DNA from: Atractiella rhizophila | Lineage: Eukaryota | Length of the DNA stretch: 64,000 bases | Assembly: GCA_021432655.1 (NCBI GenBank) | Contig: MU271190.1 | Location: forward strand, 77,866-141,865 | Direction of reading: 5' to 3' | The notes under the pieces: generated by a model | The model's database searches: none | What the model was told of the DNA's origin: nothing | The model's input: the letters and a program-made list of their open reading frames with translations, nothing else | Translations under genes and position numbers: made by a program | In this document: positions 24,482 through 35,050 of the stretch, piece by piece | Position numbering within the stretch: the first letter of the stretch is position 1 | Layout of the letters: each line of letters begins with the position of its first letter

Positions 24482-27400
24482 ATGTCTACGACGAATCCCG
24501 TGAAGGTGTTCAAAGTCCCTGAAAACGTCAAGAAAGCGAATCCACTGGGCCTACGGATCCTCTGCATTGACAATGGAGGCGTGGGCACTTTCTCAGCTCC
24601 GTACATGCTCGAATCCATCATGCATCAAGCCGCACATCTTCTCAACGTACCAGATGATCAAGAGCTTCGGCCTTGCGACGTCTTTGATCTCATTTGTGGA
24701 ACATCTACTGGCGGATGGATCGCACTTCTTCTCGGGAGACTGGGGCTGACTGTTCGCCAGTGCATTACCGCATATGAAGAAATTGCGCGCAATGTCTTTC
24801 GAGACGAGGATTCAGACCCCAGCGGCGCGTTCACGTACTCGGCGAAGAAGCTCGAAGAGACTTTGATTGCCATCATCCAGCGACACACGTATTCTTCCGA
24901 AGATTCTGCCAAGTCACTTCCAATGAAGGATCCTTCTCTGGCAGACAGATGCAGAACGTTTGTCATGTCCGCCTATGAGGCAACTGTTGTCGTGTCCACA
25001 GAGATGCGTACTTACGATATTCTCGTATCTGCCCCTCGCTTTGCTTGTCCGTATTCCGTCTGGCAAGCCGCAAGAGCCACCTCAGCTCGTGCTCCCTTCT
25101 TTCCTCCTATGAGGGAGGATTCTATCGCCTACGTCCAGCTAGGAGACAACAACCCTGCCGCAGTAGCTTTCGACGAGGCTATGCGAATTTGGGGACGCAA
25201 CAATGAGATTGCCTGTCTTGTGTCTCTTGGTCCCGGGGTCGCTCGAGCTGTCAAGTTGGGCCACACTCGGGATGATGTCGAACATGCGTTGAAGGCTATA
25301 ATCGCGGATTGCTCACGGGTTTCGAACGAAGTGAAGGGGAAGATGCAAGATGGTGGAACGGGTCATTGCTATCATCGGTTCTCGGTTGATACATTTGGAG
25401 ACTTCAAATGGGAGGACTGGGAGCGAAAGGAGGACGCTGTAGGCCACACGAAGGCTTACATGGAAGCGATGAATCATGAAGTAGCTTCCGCGGCTAGGTC
25501 ACTTGTGCAAGGTATTCTCCATGATTGCATCATTGATACCCGCTGACTTCCACTTGTTCAGACTGTAAGGAACGCATTGCAGTGCGCAGGAAGCTTCCAC
25601 TACCTCGTCTGGGGGCTTGTTACGGAAGAGTTGAAGAAGTTAAGGAGGCGCTCGACTGCATCCTCACTGACCGGAAGCATCTTGCAATCATCGGTGGCGC
25701 TGGCAACGGGAAGTCTACTGTAGCTCGACAAATCCTGCATGCCAAGAAAGTCAAAGATGCATTCTCGACAATTGTGGAGGGTACGAGGGAAGACTTTCGG
25801 TTCTGGGCACGATGCGACTCTTTCTTTACGTTCTCATCTCTCTCTACAAACCTTTGCAAGGAGGTATTCGGAATACCTCCTTTGGCTGGCGAAGACTACC
25901 TCGCTGCTGTCGCAAGATATTTTGGCAGTCACAAATGTCTCCTGATCTTGGACAATTTCGAAACCACCGCGGAATCAGACATGGAGAATCGACAGTCATT
26001 CTTTCAAGCACTTCTTTCCGTCAACCATATCTCGGGGTCCATTGTCATTGTGGTACATCGAGGACATCAAGTCTATCAAGTGGACGTCACAGCTGTGAAA
26101 TTTGAAGAGCTGACGATTGGGGGCCTAACCGATGCTGCCGGGCTGGACTTGTTCAAGTTCACATACACCGGAAAAGAAGATTGTGCGCAAGAGCTGCTCA
26201 AGATCATTTTCAACAAGTTGGATCATCACACCTTGTCTATCAAGCTTTTTTTTCTTCGTGCGAACGGATCAACGAAGCGGATCTCGGCCCTCTTGAAGGA
26301 GTGGGAGGATGTGAAGACGCAGGTGCTGTGGGACAGGGGCAGTAAAGAGACTCCAACCCTCGCCGGTTCCATATCCTTTTCACTTAGGTCACCTCTTCTC
26401 ACAATGCATGAGGACCTGAGCATGTTTATTCTCGCTGTCCTATCCTGGACTCCGGACGGGCTGCTGGAAGATGACATTAGAGCTATTATGGAGACATCCT
26501 GTCTGCCTGATTTGAAGGAGTCTGACATGGTCATCGCCTCTGTTTTGTCCGTTGGACTCGCAGAAAACACAGATGATGCTATGGGAAACTCGACGCGGTT
26601 GCGCATGCTTTCACCGATTCGTGAATACATCAACCACTTAGTCCTGCGTTCCGATATTCCGTCGATAACCATCACATCGTCCCTGCAGCCCATAACTGAG
26701 TACTTCATTGACAAAGCACGGAGAAATGTTCGTCGATTTGAAGTTGAGGGTGAGCGGATAGGGCTGTCAACTTTTCGCAACGATTATCCAAACTTTGAAT
26801 ATATTCTTCTAGCTGCTTTCGAACATCTGCAAGACCCAACAACTATGGTCCAATTTCTAGTTGGAATTTGTGATTTTCTCAATCGGCAGCACTTCCTCCT
26901 CTCAATCAAATTATTCCAGCAGGCACGGTCCATCGCGAAATCTATATGGTCTCCACTGAAATATACTGCCAAATTGACGATGTTTCTGGGGTTGGCATTC
27001 AAATATCAGGGGATTCTACAGCAGGCCCTGACACATTTTGAGGAGGCGAAGGAGCTATATGTGCTAGTGGAAGATCAGCAGGGACAAGCCAACTGTATTC
27101 ACGGCACTGGGGAGATTGAGCAGTATCGTGGGCATATTGGGGAGGCATTGAAAAGATTCGAGGAGGCAAAGGAGCTGTATCTGCTGGTGGAAGATCGGCA
27201 GGGACAAGCGAACTGTATCCACAGCTTGGGGAACATCGCACAGCATTGCGGGCGCATGGAGGAAGCAAGGAAATGTTTCGAAGAGGCGAAGGAGCTGTAC
27301 CTTATTGTTGAAGATCGGCATGGGCAAGCCCACTGCATTCGGAGTGTGGGGAAGATCGAGTTGCATAGGGGGCAGATAGATGCAGCATTGAAATGTTTCA

Positions 27401-29181
27401 AGGAGGCAAAAGAGCTATACTTGGTGGCAGAAGATCAGCAGGGGCAAGGACACTGCATTCGGAACATGGGGATGATCGAGCAACGTCGTGGACACATGGA
27501 GGAAGCGATGAAATGTTTCGAAGAGGCGAAGGCCATGTACCTTGTGGTGGGAGATCGGCAGGGTCAAGCCCACTGCATTGTGAGCATGGGGGAGATGGAG
27601 CACCATCGAGGCCGGATGCAGGAAGCGCTGAAGCGATTCGAGGAGGCAAAGGAGCTGTACCTGATGGTGGAAGATCGGCAGGGACAAGCCCACTGTATTC
27701 ATGGCATGGGGAAGATTGAGCAGCGTCGTGGGCAGATGGAGGAGGCGCTGAAACGATTTGAGAAGGCAAAGGAGCTATGTCTGATGGTGGAAGATCGAAA
27801 GGGACAAGCCAACTGTATCCATAACATGGGGGAGATCAAGTACCATTGGGGGCAGATGGAAGAAGCGCTGAAACTATTTGAGGAGGCGAAGGAGCTTTAC
27901 ATTATGGTGGAAGATCGACTTGGGCAAGCCCATTGCATTCGGAATGTGGGTAAGATCGAGCATCATCGCAGGCGGATGGAGGAAGCGCTCAAGCGATTTG
28001 AGGAGGCGAAGGAGCTGTACCTGGTGGTGGAAGATCGGCAGGGGCAAGCCCACTGCATTCGGAGTGTGGGGAAGATCGAGCAGTATAGGGGGCAGATAGA
28101 TGCAGCGTTGAAACATTTTGAAGAGGCGAAAGAGCTGTATGTGCTGGTGAAAGATTGGCAGGGACAAGGTAACTGCATTCATGGCATTGGGCGGATCGAG
28201 CAGCATCGCGGACAGATGGAGGAAGCGCTGAAACGATTTGAGGAGGCGAAAGGGCTGTACCTGATGGTGGAAGATCGACAGGGGCAAGCCAACTGTATCT
28301 ACTGCCTGGGGAAGATCGAGCAGGGTCAGGCACAGATGGAGGAAGCACTGAATCGATTTGAGGAGGCAAAGGAGCTGTACCTGATGGTGGAAGATCGGCA
28401 GGGACAAGCCCACTGTATTCATGGCATGGGGGAGATTGAGCACTGTCGTGGGCATACAGAGGAAGCGCTGAAACGATTTGAGGAAGCGAAGGAGCTGTAC
28501 CTGATGGTGGAAGATTGGCAGGGGCAAGCGCACTCCACTCAGTGCATGGGGGAGATTGAGCAGCATCGTGGGCAGATGGAGGAAGCACTGAAGCAATTTG
28601 AGGAGGCGAAGGAGCTGTACCTGATGGTGGAAGATTGGTGGGGACAAGCTTACTGCATCTGGAACCTAGGGGATATCGAGCAGGATCAGGGACAGATGGA
28701 GGAAGCAGTGAAACACTTTGAGCATGCGACGAAGCTATACCAGGTGATGGAAGAGCAACTGGAACAAGCCCGCTGTCTTCATAGGATTGGGATGATTGAG
28801 CAGCAATGCGGACGGACGGAGGAAGCCCTGAGATGTTTCCAGGAGGCAAAGCACCTGTATATGAAAGAGGAAGACATTAGTGGTCAACTTAGCTGTCTTA
28901 CTAGCATCAGTTCCGTTTATGCTCAAAACCGCCAGAACACATCCAAGGTGATTCAGCCTCTCGAGGAAGCGGTCAATTTGTGTAAGACTGATGGTGGCTA
29001 CTTTGAAGCTCTCAGCAGGCTGAATCTGGGGAAACTCCTGTTCTGGTCGTCCCAGTTCCGCTCCGCAGAGGAGGAAATCACTCGTGCCCGTCAGCTTTAT
29101 GCAGATTGTTTTGCCAGCTCTGATGTCGACATATGTGATAATCTACTGCAGAATATTTGGCAGGTGGAAGGATCGACTTAA
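24482..29181 (+). CDS. Patatin-STAND NTPase-TPR NLR-like protein (NLR-B), ~1549 aa, one intron 25512-25561
   Basis: Patatin fold (LRILCIDNGG, FDLICGTSTGG, WQAARATSA, NNP, CLVSLGPG) is joined in frame by a 50-bp GT..gctgac..AG intron (LVQ-D-CKERIAVRRK) to Walker A GGAGNGKST, Walker B LLILDNFE, LRMLSPIREY and 14 conserved plus ~2 degenerate 40-aa TPRs. Confidence 0.92.
27070..28870 (+). repeat. 120-bp tandem coding repeat (~15 TPR units) in NLR-B
   Basis: gaagatcggcagggacaagc...gaggaggcgaaggagctgtac recurs every 120 bp. Confidence 0.95.
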
Positions 29182-29889
29182 AACTTAAGATGTGTCTGTG
29201 GTCGAAATTTTACTTTTCCCCTCCCATACCTGTTGCAAGCTGACCTCCTATTGTAGGATATAAAATTTTGCCTATCACAAAATCATGAAAAAAAAATTGT
29301 TTTGATTTACGGCTCGAAATATAACCAGGATCCTCCAGATTTCTGTAAGGCCTCAATGTCCGTACATATTAACATTATCAGAATATGTTACAGCTCGTCT
29401 ACTCACCACACAGAATGATAGCTTAAGCTCTACAAACAACCTGTCCAACTTGTCTGCCTTCCTCTCTTCAGCCCCAACTGCTTCTCCACCTGCGCAAACA
29501 TATCATGGAGGCCCTTCCTTTTCTTTTTCCCCTCTCTCCATCCAACTATCACTTACATCCTGATCGAGTAAAAGCACACAAAACAGGATGTCAGACAACT
29601 TCTTTTCCTCTTCCCTCTCTTCCTACGCTCCACCTTTCATTTCTTCCAATTTCAACATGTCCCTTTTAGCAACTGAGAGCATTTCAGCTCCAAGAGCTTC
29701 TCCAATAGAGCCATATTCATCATCAACATCCACCTCCTTCCAGAACACTCCCCCATTGGATCAAAGTACCATCCTGTAGCATGGCCAGGTTCATCCCTAT
29801 CCCATCCATACTACAATGTTGAAGTTCATATTAAGCACCACAGCCATTGGATGTCCCTCTCATGCTGCCTGTTGATCCCTTGAGAATAA

Positions 29890-29936
29890 TGTTAGGGCTG
29901 ACACTATGTGCGGTCGCCGACGGGCGATGCGTCTGT
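29890..29936. mobile_element. 47-bp terminal fragment of LTR family A
   Basis: Exact reverse complement of 33132-33178. Confidence 0.8.
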
Positions 29937-31599
29937 CTGTTGCAATTGGTGCTGTTGTTGTTGCTGTTTGTGTTTGATAAATATGCTGACAATGGATGGA
30001 TGGACCATGTTGAGCAGATTATGGCCTATCTGAGCCTGAGCTTGTTGTTGTGATTGCAACCACTAAACTGTCATCGTATGCTTGCCCCTCACAGCAGATG
30101 GTAGGCTGAATGTGTGGTCAGAGACTCGATCTCTAGTGTGTACTCCCCACTGAATTCACGTTGATAAATTCAATGTTGGGGCTGTGTGGGTAGTGAACGC
30201 TGGAAGGAGGGAGGGGAAAGAGGAAGCATATGTTATCAAGGCAAGCTTCTGGCTGAACATGGAGAAGTCTCAGTCATCGAAATTATTATCAACATCCACA
30301 CTGCTGGTGTGGAACCTCCACAGTGGGTTAATGAAGGAGACCACATATGTATTGGGTGTCAACTCCAATTGAACATCTATTAGCAAGTTTGAAGCTGAAT
30401 CGCTTGGGAAGAGGTATGTTACAAGTGTATATGAGACAGAGGGTGGTAGTGGTTCTCCTTCTGACATAATACCAACAGAGAGGAGAAAAAAGGGCAGATA
30501 GCAGGAAGGCCAGTTTAAGCTCTAACTAAAACCAGATGTAGCGCAAACAAGAAGTCGCCTAACATATGTTGTGCATCCCCCTATGAGAAAAAGTGATGTC
30601 CTCGGCATAAAAAATGAAATAACAAGAGGCCACTGAGTGCACATTGAGAAAAGTAGGGTACTAGAAACAGAGAAACAGAGAAACCCCTCAAAAAGTGCTT
30701 GCCTGTTCGAAGGCCTGAGTGCTCATCGTCATTGTCATCCCTGCTCAGTCTGGTTGAAGTCCATGTCCTCTAGCCTCGAGGTGAGAGAAAGAGAGATGAA
30801 AATGGAATGGAAGTGTAGCCGCGGTAGCAGGGCAGAAGGCAGATGAGAGTATGCTGTGAAGCATGATAAGAACGACTCATGCCAAAATAGTGCCCCCTCT
30901 CGCTCGCCTAGCCAGGTGCACAATTATTCAGCTAAAAGACGTGTACCTCCTGATGGACACCCTTGGCAAGGGAGTAGGACCAATCAGGATTAATTTCATG
31001 CTCTATTCTCCACCCCCGCTTCTTCCTTCTTAACATCCACTCCTCTAGGAATGGTCGTACAGCCCCAGGATTCCAATCAAACATAGGGTGAGACAGTGGG
31101 TGAGAGAGATAGAAGGGGAGCAGGAGCTGTGGGTCGAAGTGGGGGAACTGCAAAAGGGGGAGTGTTGAGGTTGGAGTTGATCCCCTCGTTGAGCGCAAGA
31201 TCCCTTCTTGTCGATAATGTAGAGACTGTAGTGCATGATACGGACAATGGTATGCCCTCCTGCAATGTTATTGAACCCATACTCTGTAGCCTTTGTGCTG
31301 TTTCCCTCCCTTACATCCACTTTATCCCCTATCTGAAGACAAATTCATCCACATTCCTCTGGATACCTTTGTCCTTTCTTGCCTTAGCCTTTTGCTATGA
31401 TTCCTGGTTTCGTACCACTGCCAGTTGTTGCGTCCTTGTGAGGTGATGTTGCCAGTGTTGTAATTCTGAGAGCTTGCTAGAGTGAGGGGCAGAAGAAGTT
31501 AAAGAAAGGCGAGGGGGATGGGAAGTTGAGGAATGAAGAGGTCGCATCCACATCGAACTTGATAGGGTGACATGCCAGTGGAGGAGTGATGAGAGTAAG

Positions 31600-32400
31600 A
31601 GTATTGGAAGCAGACTGAACAAATGTTGAGATCCTAGTCACTCATCATCATGGTAGATCACGAGATCGGATAAGCTTGTTCATAAGTATCTGGTTGAACT
31701 GTTCCGCGTAACCATTTGCCTGAGGATGATTGGGGAGCTGTCCTTACCTGCCGAACTCCTTCCAACACACTCTCCATCACCGAATTCATCAACTCTTTCT
31801 GTTATCCATGTTCACTACTTCCCATGCTCTTTCATTCATAAACAGGTTCCCTAACAACTCCGCTATGGTCTCCACCCTCTTATCTGGGATCACCTCGGCC
31901 CATACGAACTTCGTACAGTGGTCCATTGCCATAATGATGTATGAGTTCCCACATACAGTTTCACTGAACAGACCGACCAAGTCTATTCCCAGTCTCTCAT
32001 ACAGTCATAAAACGTAAATGGGGTGAAAGGGTCGTTTATGAAGAAGGGATTCATGCTGTCATCAGCAAGCAGCACAATCATACAACTCTAGCGGTAAGAG
32101 CGAAGTCAGCATAGTAGATGTTCGAGGCAGAAACTTGAGTACCTACTCCCTACCATGTGCCATGACCTCTTTGTGGATGTAAAAGACCTTTTCTTCTAAC
32201 TCCTCCACCTTTAATACTGACTTCAGTAACCTGTCTTCATCTCCATTCTTTGCCACAAACCATATCACTTGTTTGTGAATGATGAAGTCCCTCGACTTTC
32301 TTCATGATGCGATATTATTCTTCCTTGACATGGGACTGGGAACTGGGCTGGTGGAGAGATAGTTGTAAATTTGTTCGTAGAGCACCGTGTCCATCTTCGA
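31600..32400 (-). mobile_element. Ty3/Gypsy integrase relic
   Basis: GIDLVGLFSET..GNSYIIMAMDHCTKFVWAEVIPDK and HPQANGYAEQFNQ fragments with stops and frameshifts. Confidence 0.8.
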
Positions 32401-32690
32401 GGGTGAGCCTACTCCATAGAAATAGAAATGTAAGTTCAGTACGTGCGGATCATCTTACAAAAATGCAAGAGTGAGAAGAAGAAACAAAACTGAAACACAG
32501 CTATCATCATCACCACGTCCCCAAACAACATTCTGGGCACCGTTCACAGTCAGTCAAGTACTCATGGCACGACTCTGTCAACCCTCAGTCCTAGTCAATG
32601 AGTGGCCTACTGAATTCAGATTAAGCCCTCGCCAGCTCCCATTCATCATCATAAACACACCATCCCCATTACACCGTCCAGAAGGAAGAG

Positions 32691-33178
32691 TGTCAGGCTT
32701 GCCCCTACGCATTACCGAAATGCACCATTTGACGTCACTTGACCTACTTTACCGTGTCATGAGATCACGTGCCTACCTATCGCCGCTCTGCACATGTCTG
32801 TGCTGCTCGCCGCTTTCCCATTTCTCACACAGTCGCCACTCAGCAAACCTTATACATTTAGCCAGTCTGCCCTGTCTCCATTTTCGCTTTATTGTCCTTT
32901 CTCACTAGTACTACCCAGTATATCTTATTTCCGAGTATTCCCTTTATCACTTTCCTGATCTAGCTATTTTACGTGTTTCAAGAAACGTATATTATAGTTT
33001 ATGGCAGTGCCTCTACATATGTATATATACATCGAGATGTAGTGGTGGTGACCTCAGAGTATTCTCTTAGGTTTACCTCCACTACAGGTTAGTCTTCTCA
33101 TGCCAAACTATTCCTTAGGTTTACCTCCACTACAGACGCATCGCCCGTCGGCGACCGCACATAGTGTCAGCCCTAACA
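32691..33178. mobile_element. LTR family A copy (~488 bp), inverted relative to 3324-3817
   Basis: TGTCAGG...GTGTCAGCCCTAACA, preceded by the purine tract gaaggaagag (PPT-like). Confidence 0.8.
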
Positions 33179-33816
33179 AAAAGGCAGTCGAATGACAAGA
33201 AGAGAGGTTGCAGCAATGTTAATGAAGGGTTAATGATGCCGAAGGAGGAGAGGAAATGATTATGAGGAGTTTGTTGTAAGGCTACGAATACAGATGTGAG
33301 GTTGAAGTTGGGAGGAAACAAGAATATCGTTATTACTTCTTTCTCCCAGACTTCAGCACGGTTTATATATCTGAGAAAAGTGTGGCAAACAAATTCTAAA
33401 AAGTACACCAACGCATAAGAAATCAGTAAGCAAGAAGAAGCGAGAAGGAAATAGAGTCCCTCGAATATGTGGCATCACATCGTTCTTAGTAAGCTGTGAA
33501 AGGTGGTGGCGGGCTGAACTTCAACAGCGTTGGGGTTTTGTATTTTCGAAAAGGAGAAACTAATGGATAATATCTGAATACGAAACTAAACATCAATATG
33601 GTAAGTTGGTGCTTTGTTTTGAGTGGAAGAAAAGAGGCTGAGAGAAGAGCTCATAGGGAAGAGACTAGGTGATGCTAGGGAGGTAAGGATTGGTTGTTGT
33701 TGAGGGAGAGATTGAAGTGGATTGTGAGATCGGTGAGGTCAATCGAAATGTGATGCTCTGATGGGCTCCCACCGGAGGACTGGGCCCCCTTGGATGAGTT
33801 ACTTCCACCACCAGGG

Positions 33817-34030
33817 TGTTAGGGCTGACACTATGCGTGGCCGCCGATGGGTGATGCGTCTGTAGTGGAGATAAACCTAAGAGCAGGATATGACATGAAG
33901 ACTAACCTGTAGTGGAGATAAACCTAAGAGAATACTCTAAGGTCACCTCCACTACCCTCTGATCTATATATACAAGCGGAATAACACTGCCTCAAAGCGT
34001 AGAGGAGAGCAGAAGAAACATGTAAGAGAA
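33817..34030. mobile_element. Truncated LTR family A copy
   Basis: Closely similar to 3324-3540. Confidence 0.8.
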
Positions 34031-35050
34031 CGAATATAGTGGTGATGTAGGAGATGAGTCCTAAGAACTGTTAGAGTTCGCTTATGGACCATGACTCACA
34101 TGCTAAGATATGTGGCAAATGGTCTAGAAGGTTCTATCAGGCATGTGGTAAATAGAGTTAATGGTGGAACATGCCGGAACATTCCGGAACATATAGCTAT
34201 CTGTATACAAATACCCCTGCCAATGGAGTGAGATATCCAGACTGGTTCTCTTAGGATATCCACTCTACTTGGCAGCCTCCTTACTCGATAGCCATATAGA
34301 GTGTCAGCCCTAACAAGAATGTCTTCAGCTCCGTCTTACTTGTTGGTCTCTTGATCAATCAGATCTTTGAAACCTTCACTGGATCAGCCTTCAGGTCCTC
34401 TGTAGAAATAATGTGTCCCAAGAACCTGAGTTGTCTCCTCCTCCATCTACACTTTCACTAGTTTGACCTTGATGCCTGCTTTGGTAAGCACATCTATCAC
34501 CAACCCAATATGCTTCAAATGTTCCTCCCAACTCTTGCTGAAGATGATAATATCATTAAAATAGACCAAACAAAAGTCCTTTAGACTTCACATGATAGAG
34601 GTCAGGTACCGTTGGAAAGCAGCAGGGCATTGGTAAGGCAAAAAGGCCTATAAATGGGTCTCTCCCTATCTTCCATTTTAAGACCACATGTCAATATCCA
34701 GAAGCAAGGTCAAGGGAGCTGAAGTATTTCGAACCAGAGAGAGAGAGTAGAAAATATCATCGATAAGAGGGAGACGGTAGGCATCTTTTTTATGACAGAA
34801 TTAAGGGCACTGTAGTTGATGCAGAACCACCAAGAGCCATTGCTTTTGGTAATGAGGATGACAGGAGAGGAGTATGGTGACTGGGAGTGTTTGATGATGC
34901 CTTGGTCAAGCATGTTGTACACTTGCTTGTTGATCTCCCATTGTTTCATAAAATTGGCACAATGGGCTCTGGCTGAGGGTGGTAGCTTCCTGTCTCCAAT
35001 TCCGATTCTAAACTCCACCTCTCTCGTCGTTCCCAGCTCCTCTAATCATT
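34031..35050 (-). mobile_element. Ty3/Gypsy reverse transcriptase relic
   Basis: MLDQGIIKHSQSPYSSPVILITKSNGSWWFCINYSALN, FCLVYFNDIIIFSKSWEEHLKH (YxDD degraded), KADPVKV, FLGLISY. Confidence 0.88.
34069..34315. mobile_element. Solo LTR family B (247 bp) inserted in the RT relic
   Basis: TGTTAGAG...CCCTAACA flanked by agaac/agaat (TSD with one transition); interrupts the RT segment PTSKTELKTF|LGLISY. Confidence 0.75.

Noticed and set aside
24449..25546. Stand-alone patatin gene
   Set aside because: A canonical intron joins it in frame to the downstream NTPase-TPR ORF.
27874..28849. 257-aa and 286-aa minus-strand ORFs
   Set aside because: Antisense shadows of the NLR-B TPR array.
27070..28870. 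CRISPR-like regular repeat with variable segments
   Set aside because: In-frame 40-codon protein repeat in a eukaryotic gene; no spacers or cas genes.
29890..33178. Intact TIR DNA transposon
   Set aside because: The inverted repeats are LTR ends, there is no TSD, and the interior is retro-integrase debris rather than a transposase.
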